Assembly (NCBI RefSeq): GCF_044324875.1
Contig: NZ_CP172185.1
Length of the DNA: 64,000 nt
Reading direction: 5' to 3' (one strand)
DNA from: Escherichia coli
GTDB taxonomy: Bacteria; Pseudomonadota; Gammaproteobacteria; Enterobacterales; Enterobacteriaceae
The position numbers were made by a program, and so were the translations under genes. Below, in pieces: positions 1-9,621 of this stretch (its first letter is position 1; the number at the start of each line of letters is the position of its first letter). The notes beneath the pieces are model-generated. The model was not told where the DNA came from. It did not search any database and saw only the letters and a program-made list of their open reading frames with translations.

Positions 1-807
1 GAAGGTGATGGCCATTATGATGGCGTAGACAAGGTAGTTTTGACCACCACTGAACTGGCTTTCAACGAACTCACGACCAGCACTGATCGCCATGATCAGA
101 TAAATCACCATCATCGTAAGAGAAATAGAGATGGAACTGTCGCGCAGGAAGCTCAGATTTTTGGGCAAATTCATCTCTTCGGTGGAGCGGGAACCTTTAC
201 CGCACACGCTGCCAATCCAGCCAGAAAGTACATATCCCAGAGTGCCAAAGTGACCAAAAGCAATGTCATCATTCCCCGTAATACGCTTCATATAGCGTTG
301 TGCTAATGCCGGGAAAAATGCCATCACAAGTCCCAGAATAAGAGAACCGGTAAAGACCAGTGATATACCTTCAAAACCAGCCACTGTCAGAATCACACCA
401 ATCATGCAGGCCATGTAAAATGTGTGGTGTCCGGTCAGGAAGATATATTTAAGGCGGGTAAAGCGGGCAACAATAATATTCGCCACCATACCAAATGCCA
501 TAATAAGGGCCGTCGATGCGCCATATTTTTCCAGCGCAATAGAAACAATAGCCTCATTATTCGGAATGATGCCCTGAATATTAAAGGCATGTTCAAACAT
601 ACTCCCAAGAGGATTTAACGAACCAACCAAAACAGTGGCACCACCGCCCAGTACAATAAAGCCGAGAATAGTTTTAATTGTACCTTTAACAACATCTGAA
701 AAAGATTTTTTCTGGGCAACCAGACCAATTAAGGCAATCAAGCCGACCAGTATCGCGGGCACTTTAAGTATATCAACAACAAAATTCAGCGTTTCAAGGA
801 TAAACAT
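1..807 (-). CDS. PTS ascorbate-family EIIC permease (UlaA/SgaT-like), 5' part only; gene continues past window start
   Basis: Manual reverse-strand translation from ATG at 807-805 gives MFILETLNFVVDILKVPAILVGLIALIGLV..., membrane protein resembling UlaA N-terminus; GAGGTGG SD upstream; gene lacks a Met-started complete ORF in the window. Confidence 0.7.
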   Translation of the reverse strand, partial: MFILETLNFVVDILKVPAILVGLIALIGLVAQKKSFSDVVKGTIKTILGFIVLGGGATVLVGSLNPLGSMFEHAFNIQGIIPNNEAIVSIALEKYGASTALIMAFGMVANIIVARFTRLKYIFLTGHHTFYMACMIGVILTVAGFEGISLVFTGSLILGLVMAFFPALAQRYMKRITGNDDIAFGHFGTLGYVLSGWIGSVCGKGSRSTEEMNLPKNLSFLRDSSISISLTMMVIYLIMAISAGREFVESQFSGGQNYLVYAIIMAITF

Positions 808-829
808 ATCCACCTCGCTTCAATTAAGG

Positions 830-1102
830 TTATTGTTTTGCTAACCAGTTACGCAGTTGCGTTTCGAGTTCATTAATATCAATGATGTTGTTGATAACCA
901 CCAACTGACTTTCCGGTACGCTGGCACTGGCAGCAATATCTTTGGCCATCACAAATAAATCGGCAGCCCCTGGCGTTGCTGATGAGAGATCGGAATGTTC
1001 CACTTCCGCCTCTATATCCATTTTTTTCAGAACTTTTTTAATATTCATTTCGACCATAAAACTACTACCAAGCCCTGAGCCACAAATAGCCATAATTTTC
1101 AT
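830..1102 (-). CDS. PTS EIIB component (UlaB/SgaB-like)
   Basis: ORF 830..1150; MKIMAICGSGLGSS matches the EIIB phospho-cysteine loop; start trimmed to the MKIMA codon. Confidence 0.7.
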   Translation of the reverse strand: MKIMAICGSGLGSSFMVEMNIKKVLKKMDIEAEVEHSDLSSATPGAADLFVMAKDIAASASVPESQLVVINNIIDINELETQLRNWLAKQ

Positions 1103-1180
1103 TATATTCACCATTTTAAGTTGAAGAAGTCCCATCACGCAACGGCGCAATGTTGTGAAAAGACTGAATTTATAATGTAA

Positions 1181-1630
1181 TCAGAACCGTGAAATTATCT
1201 TTTTTATTTCCTCCACATTGCGAGCCTGATGCAATTCATGTAAATCTTTTTCGCTGGAGAATAACTCAGCCAGTGCAGATATCATTTCGATATGACTGTG
1301 TTTGTCTGGTGCGGCAAGTAAAATGATAACATCTACAGGATCAAATTCCTCTGTATGAAAACTGACACCTTCTTCAAGTTTTAATAATGATAAACCTAAT
1401 CCTTTTGCCCCTTCTTCTGGTCGGGCATGCGGCATGGCCAGCCCGGGTGCCAGGACATAATAAGGCCCCAGTTTTTCATGTTGTGTCTTTATCGCACTGA
1501 GATAATCCGTCGTAATTATCTCTGCATCCAGTAACGGTCTGGCACAGATATCTAATGCCTGCTGCCAGGTTGCGGCATTCTTTCGTAATGCGATTGTTGA
1601 ATCAGAAAGCCAGATATTAAGCACTCCCAC
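1181..1630 (-). CDS. PTS EIIA component (UlaC/SgaA-like)
   Basis: ORF track 149 aa with GPYYVLAPGLAMPHARPEEG motif typical of ascorbate-type EIIA; apparent GTG start. Confidence 0.7.
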   Translation of the reverse strand: MGVLNIWLSDSTIALRKNAATWQQALDICARPLLDAEIITTDYLSAIKTQHEKLGPYYVLAPGLAMPHARPEEGAKGLGLSLLKLEEGVSFHTEEFDPVDVIILLAAPDKHSHIEMISALAELFSSEKDLHELHQARNVEEIKKIISRF

Positions 1631-1881
1631 CCCCTAATTTCTTATTTATATGACCAGAATGTATTCAAGTAACGACGGTATATCTGCGATCAATATCACA
1701 AAGATAGCGCTATCAGGAGGTATTGTTCGAATTTGTGATAGCGCTATCAAAATAGATTTCACTGATTAAATCCAGACTTATGGCAGATATTAAGAGGTAT
1801 ACTCTGCTACTGGCAGTGCAGGAAGCCGTTGATGATAAGTAATAAAAGATCTCCATATGTAGTCGCTGAGCAGGATTTTGT

Positions 1882-2901
1882 ATGGCAATAACCCGAAAAC
1901 GTCGTAGTACAGGTAAAGTCACTATTGCTGATGTCGCGCAACTCGCGGGAGTTGGCACAATGACTGTATCCAGAGCGTTACGCACTCCCGAACAAGTTTC
2001 AGATAAATTGAGGGAGAAGATTGAAGCCGCAGTTAATGAATTAGGGTATATGCCCAACCTCACTGCAAGCGCACTGGCATCGGCATCTTCACACACGATC
2101 GCAATGGTCGTGCCAAACCTGGCTGAAGCGGGATGCACGGAAATGTTTGCCGGGCTGCAACATGTGCTACAACCAGCGGGGTATCAAATAATCCTGGCTG
2201 AGTCACGCCATCGTCTGGAACAAGAAGAAAAACTGCTGGAAACCCTGCTGGCTTCTAATATCGCTGCAGCAATTTTGCTTAGTGTTGAGCATAATAGTAC
2301 CGTGCGTCACTTGCTCAAAAATGCCTCGATTCCTGTTATAGAAATCGGTGCCATTCGTACTGATCCGATAGATATCAACATTGGTATTGATAATGTTGCA
2401 GCAATGTTCGAGCTGACGGATATGCTGGTACAACGTGGTTATCAGAATATCGGTTTGCTATGCGCTAACCAGGAACAGTGGATCTTTCAGCAGCATTTAC
2501 AGGGATGGTATAAAGCTATGTTACGCCATCATATGTCTCCCAACCGTGTTATTAACGCTGCTCTGCCACCTGTTTTTTCCACCGGAGCATCACAACTACC
2601 GGAATTTTTGCTCGCATGGCCGGAACTGGATGCCCTGGTATGTGTGTCAGATGAGTTAGCCTGCGGTGTTCTCTATGAATGTCAACGAAGACGGATCAAA
2701 GTTCCAGACGAGCTCGCCGTAGTAGGATTTGGTGACAGTGACGTCAGCAAAGTTTGCCAACCATCATTAACAACAATGGCCGTTCCTCACAGGAAAATTG
2801 GTCTGGAAGCAGGAAATGTTTTGCTGGAACGAATTAAAGAAGGTAACTGGAGCAATCAGATATTCATTGAGCCCTGTTTATGTTTACGTGAAAGCTGCTG
2901 A
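1882..2901 (+). CDS. LacI/GalR-family transcriptional regulator
   Basis: 339 aa; N-terminal HTH VTIADVAQLAGVGTMTVSRAL, periplasmic-binding-like C-terminal domain; divergent from the PTS genes. Confidence 0.85.
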   Translation: MAITRKRRSTGKVTIADVAQLAGVGTMTVSRALRTPEQVSDKLREKIEAAVNELGYMPNLTASALASASSHTIAMVVPNLAEAGCTEMFAGLQHVLQPAGYQIILAESRHRLEQEEKLLETLLASNIAAAILLSVEHNSTVRHLLKNASIPVIEIGAIRTDPIDINIGIDNVAAMFELTDMLVQRGYQNIGLLCANQEQWIFQQHLQGWYKAMLRHHMSPNRVINAALPPVFSTGASQLPEFLLAWPELDALVCVSDELACGVLYECQRRRIKVPDELAVVGFGDSDVSKVCQPSLTTMAVPHRKIGLEAGNVLLERIKEGNWSNQIFIEPCLCLRESC

Positions 2902-3702
2902 AGCTGGGGGACTGGTATCTTTCAGCTCACTGATTTTGTTGCTGAACCTGATATATCCTTCGGTTTTCCACAACCAGGGGAAGGGTGTCATCATAAGGCG
3001 TGATGACACCCTGAATTCCCATCCTGTATCTGCAGAAAATTTTTCGTAAATAAATTAATTTAATAACTAAAAAGAAAATACAATAAGCAAAATATCAATT
3101 ACAGCATGTTCGTTTGTTTAAAGAACCTGCTGGTCCTGCCATTAATATTACCTGCTGATTGCTTCACATCCGGATTCCTCGCACTGCGCGCGGGTTATTG
3201 TTTCGTTTTCGGCCACGGGGTCGCCAGGGCTCTGTTTGCAGGCCATGATGGCCTGACCTGTACTGTTTCTCAGGCACTGAGATGTCCGTTTACGCCATTT
3301 GTTCCCGGATATCCTTAACCTCTGACGTTTGTTCCCTGCCCCTCTGTCTGATAACGAATACGCTCACAACGCACAGTACTGAACAATACCGACAACAACA
3401 TGTCTTACATGAAATTCGCTGTAACATCCACCGGAAAACATTTTCAGATATCGGATGAGGTACTACTTCCATTGACAGCGCGAGGTAACAAAATTGATGG
3501 TAACTCTGACCATTAACCGTAAACCGCAGGGTATTTTCAGTAAATCACCGGCAACGCCGCTGCAGGATAAAACGGACACAGCATACAAAATGAAGGCCGG
3601 TGACCAGATACCACAGTTGAACGATAAACAGAAACCTGCTGATAAAACACCGTGGCGACATGACAAAACGCCAGAGCAAAAACCGTAAGCGCATTATTCG
3701 TC

Positions 3703-4005
3703 TTGTGGAACTCTGGCCTGAGTCATTCAACCGGGAAAAAAACAAAACCACTTAAAGTGGGGATACCTGACGACCTGATACAGGATATCGCCATCCGAGA
3801 ACTGGCGTTTGGCGCTGGTACATTACATGCAGCAGTGGCGTCTTATGTGCAGTCTCCGTGCTATTACCGTGCGTTAATAGCAGGTGGCGCCCGTTACAAC
3901 CTGAACGGTCAGCCGTGCGGGGAAGTGACACCACAGGAACAGAAAGAGGCAGAGACCCGTTTAATGATGCTGAATGACCGACGAAAAGACAGAAAACCTC
4001 GTTGA
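3703..4005 (+). CDS. FinO/ProQ-like RNA-binding domain protein (possibly frameshifted with upstream ORF 3494..3688)
   Basis: KPLKVGIPDDLIQDIA...YNLNGQPCGEVTPQEQKEAETRL resembles the ProQ N-terminal FinO domain (RPLKIGIFQDL...DLDGNPCGELDEQ); track start is TTG. Confidence 0.4.
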   Translation: MWNSGLSHSTGKKTKPLKVGIPDDLIQDIAIRELAFGAGTLHAAVASYVQSPCYYRALIAGGARYNLNGQPCGEVTPQEQKEAETRLMMLNDRRKDRKPR

Positions 4006-4022
4006 CTGCACAACAGCGCTGT

Positions 4023-4619
4023 TCACTGAGCTGTAATCAATGTACAGCGCTGTACCGGGCGATGGGTAATACCGGTCACAACCGGTAACCCCAGAGACAA
4101 TGCAACTGTTTTTAACGCAATATACTGGCCGGATGTATCACCCCGGGCAGCCTGAAAACACCTTTCCACCCGGCATTGTCCGTCAGCACTTATCACCCGC
4201 CATGTCTGTTGCAATAAATCCACCCGTTGCGAACATTCTTCATCAACCGTGGCACTGACCCGTGGATGGCAAATGCTCGTCTGGCTGAGCAGCAACAGGC
4301 ATCGCATTGTTGCTCCTCCATGTTGTTCCCGCAACCAGCGTAATACCACCGGTGGTGCTGGACTGGCCGTGTGATTACGTTCAGTAATACGCTCGTGCAC
4401 CTGTCGGTAAAAGGAAGTACAGAATGCATGAATCTGTTGTCCGTTGATGTTTCCTTCTGCCGAATGGAGCGTGAAGTGAAATGCCAACAGATTTGGCCAG
4501 TGGTCCACCGCCTGCTGAACAAAACGCCGGATTTCCCCCGGCGCTGAAAGTAAGGCTTCGGTTATTTGCACTATTTTATCCCCGTTGAATTTTGTTAAGC
4601 CGGTGCAGACCAGACACAC
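4023..4619 (-). CDS. Inovirus Gp2-family (YagK/YfjJ-like) protein, paralog 1
   Basis: 198 aa; same overall architecture as the two downstream paralogs (LAFHFTLH ... MRCLLLLSQT). Confidence 0.45.
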   Translation of the reverse strand: MCLVCTGLTKFNGDKIVQITEALLSAPGEIRRFVQQAVDHWPNLLAFHFTLHSAEGNINGQQIHAFCTSFYRQVHERITERNHTASPAPPVVLRWLREQHGGATMRCLLLLSQTSICHPRVSATVDEECSQRVDLLQQTWRVISADGQCRVERCFQAARGDTSGQYIALKTVALSLGLPVVTGITHRPVQRCTLITAQ

Positions 4620-4848
4620 GGAAAGCGCACATCGACACCGGCACGGTACGATACAAACACCAGTGACTGGCGGGACGAAGGGAATGACGAATCAGTCAGG
4701 AAATGATGACAAACAGTTGGCTGGCCAGAGGGTGCCAGCAGAAAGATGAGCGGGAGTTGTCAGCGCCAGCACCAGGGACAGGGCTGATTTCCACAATACC
4801 AGCGCCGGCATTTCGCACATTGCCAGCGTACTGGCATTACAACACGTT

Positions 4849-5085
4849 TCATGCTGCTGCTCCTCGTGATTCCTCAATTCGCTGCTGCATCCACTGCTCC
4901 ACTTCACTTTTGTACCAGCGGCTGCTGCGCCCCAGTTTGATGGGTTTAGGGAAATGGCCTTCACTGATCAGCTTGTAAAACCATTTGTCGGTCATACCAG
5001 TGAAGCTGGTGATGTAGTTCATGTCGATCAGGGGATCGTCGGCACGCAGCAATACGCTGTCGTGACCTGTCATTGAGGTCAACAT
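4849..5085 (-). CDS. alpA: AlpA-family phage/island transcriptional regulator
   Basis: 78 aa; MNYITSFTGMTDKWFYKLISEGHFPKPIKLGRSSRWYKSEVEQWM is the AlpA HTH signature. Confidence 0.8.
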   Translation of the reverse strand: MLTSMTGHDSVLLRADDPLIDMNYITSFTGMTDKWFYKLISEGHFPKPIKLGRSSRWYKSEVEQWMQQRIEESRGAAA

Positions 5086-5153
5086 GGTCAGAATGTCCTC
5101 TGTGAGATTTATGAATGTTGGGCAAATGCGGGTGAATCTGCTGAGCTGAGCTT

Positions 5154-5756
5154 TCAGAGCTGGCCTGCTACGGGATACCAGGGATTACCGGCGAGGTAAC
5201 GGGCTTCCGGATCGCGCACACCACGACGATCGCGGGCGAAATCACTGAACGCCCATATCAGCTCTTTGAGTCTCTCTTCGCAGTCCGGTGAACAACTGTC
5301 CAGCACCACATCCCGGGTTATCTGTTTCTGGTACGGTGCTGCTTCACCCGGTGACGCGAAGCCCAGTACGTTGCTCCAGGCATCCAGAATCAACCGGTCC
5401 AGCTCAGGGCCGTCGAAATATTCCTGTCTGACGCACAGCACCACGTGGTATTCCGGTTTTTCAGGATGACGGGTCAGGAGCCAGCAGAGGTCGCGTCCGG
5501 GGGTTGCATTCATCAGCGCACTGACGGTTTCGATAAAGGCCATACCGAACCAGGTTTTTCTGTCGCTGAAGATGTTGCCATGTTCCCCCGGCAGACGAAG
5601 CAGGATCCGCCGTATCCTGGAGCCGGACTGCTCGCGCAACACACGGTTGAGAACGCCGATGATTTTGTTCTGATAAGATGGCCAGAAGGGCGCCATGCTA
5701 TAGTCGAAATAAGGGATAGCATTCATAAGATATGTTCCGTTATACGCAGCCCACAA
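5154..5756 (-). CDS. Inovirus Gp2-family (YfjI/YagK-like) protein, paralog 2
   Basis: 200 aa; island backbone position immediately after alpA. Confidence 0.55.
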   Translation of the reverse strand: MWAAYNGTYLMNAIPYFDYSMAPFWPSYQNKIIGVLNRVLREQSGSRIRRILLRLPGEHGNIFSDRKTWFGMAFIETVSALMNATPGRDLCWLLTRHPEKPEYHVVLCVRQEYFDGPELDRLILDAWSNVLGFASPGEAAPYQKQITRDVVLDSCSPDCEERLKELIWAFSDFARDRRGVRDPEARYLAGNPWYPVAGQL

Positions 5757-6082
5757 CGCGTCCTGCCCGTGGATGCGCTGACGTGTTATGGCTTGCGTAT
5801 GGGGTTGATGGAATAAGTGAAAAACCGCGGCAGAACGGGAAGATCAGGTAACCGACAAGGGACAGAACACCGGATGCAGGTTCAGAATGAATGATCTCCG
5901 TTGACTTCGGTTCACATCATTAAGCAGGACAGTAAGGTTTTACCGACGGAGTGTTTCCAGGAGCGAAAGCAGAGAAAAATACCGTTGCATGACTTCAGGA
6001 CGACTTTTTCAGAAAACGAGCTAAGGGCGTCAGCCAACGTCCTGTAGCATAAGCTCAGGCACCGGATGTCGTTTTACAGGGC

Positions 6083-6814
6083 TCACCTGCCATCCAGCAG
6101 ACGCCCCGGCCCACGACTGCAACCATAATTACGTTGCCCGGAACCGTCATGCTGCTTCGTCTCATATTTCACGAGATAACTGGCTCTGTTCCGGGCTTTC
6201 TGCAGCGCTTCCACATCACCACGCTTGATCCAGAGAACAGCGGCTTCACCCGGCTTTTTTTCTGAAGCCTTCCTGGTATCAGAACATCCACCCGACAAAG
6301 GCGTGTCATCGGAAGAAGGGCGAGCATCAGACGATGCTGGTTTACGGGAAGGCGTCCACCTGGAAAAATGGACCAGGCCATCGCCTTGCCAGGCCTCAAG
6401 ATGCAGGGCGCTGCACCATGCCTCCAGGATCATCGTCGCCAGCGAAGATGGTTCGCTGAAATCCCCTGGCGAGCACCAGGTATCTTTGTTGAGCAGCAAT
6501 ATCACGTGATAATGTTTCCTGCCTTTTTCCTTGCCAAACTCCCGACACCAGAAATAACGCAGAGTGGTTGCACGCACACGCTTGTTGGCACGTCGTTTTT
6601 TCCGCTGGTAAGCCTGGATTTTGGCTTTCAGGGATTCGAAAAAACGAGAAATCACCGCTGAATCCGGATCGGGATCCATGATGGTGACAGGCATATACTC
6701 AGGGAAACGTAAATCCACCCGGATTAACGAGACGGCACGGTGCTGCGACAGGGCACTGTCGAGAAGGCTGTCAAAACGGGATAACCAGTAAGCATTGTGT
6801 ATTGGTTGATTCAT
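6083..6814 (-). CDS. Inovirus Gp2-family (YfjJ/YagK-like) protein, paralog 3
   Basis: 243 aa; LIRVDLRFPEY ... HYHVILLLNKD pattern. Confidence 0.6.
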   Translation of the reverse strand: MNQPIHNAYWLSRFDSLLDSALSQHRAVSLIRVDLRFPEYMPVTIMDPDPDSAVISRFFESLKAKIQAYQRKKRRANKRVRATTLRYFWCREFGKEKGRKHYHVILLLNKDTWCSPGDFSEPSSLATMILEAWCSALHLEAWQGDGLVHFSRWTPSRKPASSDARPSSDDTPLSGGCSDTRKASEKKPGEAAVLWIKRGDVEALQKARNRASYLVKYETKQHDGSGQRNYGCSRGPGRLLDGR

Positions 6815-6849
6815 GATGAGAGATCTCCGTTGATTTGGATTGACTTCAC

Positions 6850-8390
6850 ATCATTAATCACCGCGGTAAAACTTTACGGCATCATGTCATTAAGCAATGC
6901 TACAACTCTCTGATTAAGAGTGATTGAAACGGAACAAACCATCCCGGAACGAAAAGATAATCCTGCACACAGCAGCAAAACACGCAACAACAGCATGAAT
7001 GGATTTAAAAACGACATGGACGACGAGAAAAGCCTGAAGGGAAAAGGATCCACAGAACATTCGAACAAAACACCAGAAACGCAACCAGAACGCTTCCTGG
7101 CAATGCAAATCAACAACAACGCCAAAACCTACAGCTTAATCACACAACTCAATCACGAATGCGAATGACACGTTTAAAACCTGTTTACAGATAACGCCGT
7201 AACACGATCATCCCCATCACCATCAGAATCGATTTTCTCATCCCGAAAATGTTACGTTTCACTACGCACCATAAAAACGATTAACCATCGATAACGTAAA
7301 TCTCATCTGAATCAAAAAACCAAAACCAATCATCACACTTTCGCAATGCAAGAAGAAAAACCACATCATGACGAAAACAATGACCTTACATGAAAAAGCA
7401 AAACGTCAGGAATCGTTAATGCCTCAATCTGATTGTTATCAAAACATCCAGAAAGTCGTTTAACAGAATCGTCGTAAGCACATCGAAAAGAACGTCAGAT
7501 CACCTCAGGAAAGTTCGGGTTGATTTAGCGTAAAGATACTTTTCTCAGCTTAACGTCGAAACACAAACCAAAAACCACAAACAACCAAAGCTCAGGAAAG
7601 GTTAAACGTCACATCAGTAAAATCGAATAGCAGATTGATTGCTTAAACAGGAAAGATTGTTTTACAGCAGCATTAAACTGATTTAGTTAACGTAAAATCA
7701 GAACTGACAGGTTTACTAACTTGGATGTGTATCAGTTCAAAAATGTGTACAGCAATGCGTAATGAAACACATTTAAAGGAGATTAATGGGAAAAGTGTGT
7801 AAATGCGTAAACATGCACTAATGAATCACTGAAGGAATACATACAAAACGACTTAATGAAAACATAAAAGGACCTAATGGAAAAGGTGTATATAATACCA
7901 TATCCGACATTCTCAACATCTTAAGACATCCATGCAGACTGAATGTTGGTTTCAGTTTTTCACGGTAAGCATGAATCTTTTCTGTTCAAAAGCAGAGCAG
8001 ATTTACTCTGGAATTATTTTTCTTACTCCGTATTCTGTACAGCAAAAACTTGTGCTAACTTTACAGCAAACCATCATAATCAGCGTCTGTAGTCCCATCG
8101 CTTTACCCCATGAAAGTGAATCCATATGATGTGAGAGAGATAAGTCATCGTATCCGGTAAACACTGCTTACTATAACATAAGATCATTCAGTCAGTTTTA
8201 TCTCTGAACTGACGATTATGGCATGCTCATTTATATGGCTCACAGAGGAGTGTTATTATCCGTAAGCTTTAATCATCAAATCACATGACCATACCAAACT
8301 GGCGCTATATCAGCTCATTTGACGCTCATTCCCTTTAGATTTCTTTATGTGTTTTTTGTCGATAATTAAAATGTAATATAAATTTAATAT
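6850..8390. other. About 1.5 kb ORF-poor, strand-skewed (A+C-rich top strand) intergenic region with recurrent short motifs
   Basis: No ORF of 60 aa or more on either strand between about 7170 and 7930; recurring AACGT(C/A)A..ATC, TCAGGAAAG and TAATGRA motifs. Confidence 0.6.
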
Positions 8391-8397
8391 TTTCACA

Positions 8398-9621
8398 TCA
8401 TAAACACCATTTAAAACCATCATCCTGAACATCATACAACAATATATTTTTACTAAAGCATGAATTGTATATTTCTATTAATTCAGGAAAATTATCAGGA
8501 TTCACCTTTAAATTCAACTGAATGTTACACTTAATTTCACTCAGCAGTTCTTCATGCGTGGATTTTATTATCCCTTTATCATAATCTATAAATACACACA
8601 TGTTTTTCATGAATTCAAACCCTTTTCCTGTATACAGTTTGATGAATGCCACAAGAGCAAACATTTCAAGATGCAGCCATAATGCCACGTGAGTTTTTCG
8701 CAAAGTATAAAAAATTGAATTCGCCACTTTTTTACTTATTGCTCTTTTGTACTGTGAGTGCGCCAGATTCAGTAGTGGCAATTCTCTCTCGATAAATGAA
8801 AGTGAAAAAGGCGGGTAAATTGATGTCGGAAATATTTCAGGTCTTATGATATTTTCGATTTCCACCATAAATCTATCCATAGAACGAAAATCATTTTCTT
8901 TTTTTATTCTGGTATAGAGACCGCCTTTATTCCTTACTGCGACTTTTTTTCGTGCTATCCCCCCCAACATTTCCTCTAATTGTTTATTTATCTTCGTATC
9001 ATTAAATACAACCATTCTTCTTATCATCCTGGGAAGGATGATAATATCAGAGCTTGAATCACTTGAACGGCAATTATTATTGATCCATGCAACTTCAAGT
9101 TGAAGTATCGGAACATTAAATTCTCTGGGGTTAATAACTCTCTGATATTGTTTTTTGTATGCGTTTTCATTAAGATATTCTCTGCTGTAGAGAAACTTAT
9201 AGCAATATAATCTGACAATATCCTTTATGTAAGATTTAAATGAGTCACCTGTAACAGATATATTTTTTCTTCTCAGTAACTCCTGTGTATTGAGCCATTC
9301 CCGTGACCGGAGTACTCCATTATGAAGACTTTTTCTTACTTGCTTTGAATTGCGCAATTGATGTAATATTTTTGCGTCCTCAACAATTCTCTTTCCCGTT
9401 TGATTTCTTGCAGCATCTATTACTCTGTCAAATATCTCCCGGTCCAGACTTTTGTCATATTTACTGATTATACGACAAATATTCCTGACCCGACGGTTCT
9501 CTTTATTTCGTTTCCATAACTGATAATGATCATCACATAACCTCAGGGCATTTGCCTCATCAAATTCTGAAACAGGATTGCTGCATTTTTTATTCCGACA
9601 GATACCTTTGTTTTTAGCCAT
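8398..9621 (-). CDS. Hypothetical protein, 407 aa, low-GC orphan
   Basis: Long ATG-initiated ORF with purine-rich SD; Lys/Arg/Asn-rich; N-terminal Cys-x4-Cys ... Cys-x2-His; no family recognised. Confidence 0.6.
   Translation of the reverse strand: MAKNKGICRNKKCSNPVSEFDEANALRLCDDHYQLWKRNKENRRVRNICRIISKYDKSLDREIFDRVIDAARNQTGKRIVEDAKILHQLRNSKQVRKSLHNGVLRSREWLNTQELLRRKNISVTGDSFKSYIKDIVRLYCYKFLYSREYLNENAYKKQYQRVINPREFNVPILQLEVAWINNNCRSSDSSSDIIILPRMIRRMVVFNDTKINKQLEEMLGGIARKKVAVRNKGGLYTRIKKENDFRSMDRFMVEIENIIRPEIFPTSIYPPFSLSFIERELPLLNLAHSQYKRAISKKVANSIFYTLRKTHVALWLHLEMFALVAFIKLYTGKGFEFMKNMCVFIDYDKGIIKSTHEELLSEIKCNIQLNLKVNPDNFPELIEIYNSCFSKNILLYDVQDDGFKWCL

Noticed and set aside
40-844. Three plus-strand ORFs of 64-88 aa at the window start
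   Set aside because: They lie antisense to the PTS EIIC gene, whose minus-strand translation is a convincing membrane permease; likely frame artefacts.
6920-7168. 82-aa plus-strand ORF at the start of the A-rich region
   Set aside because: Low-complexity K/N/E/T-rich translation that follows from the base skew; no RBS evidence. Treated as part of the non-coding region, though a decayed gene cannot be excluded.
6850-8390. CRISPR array or tandem-repeat array
   Set aside because: The recurring motifs are short, degenerate and irregularly spaced, with no exact repeat-spacer periodicity and no cas genes nearby.
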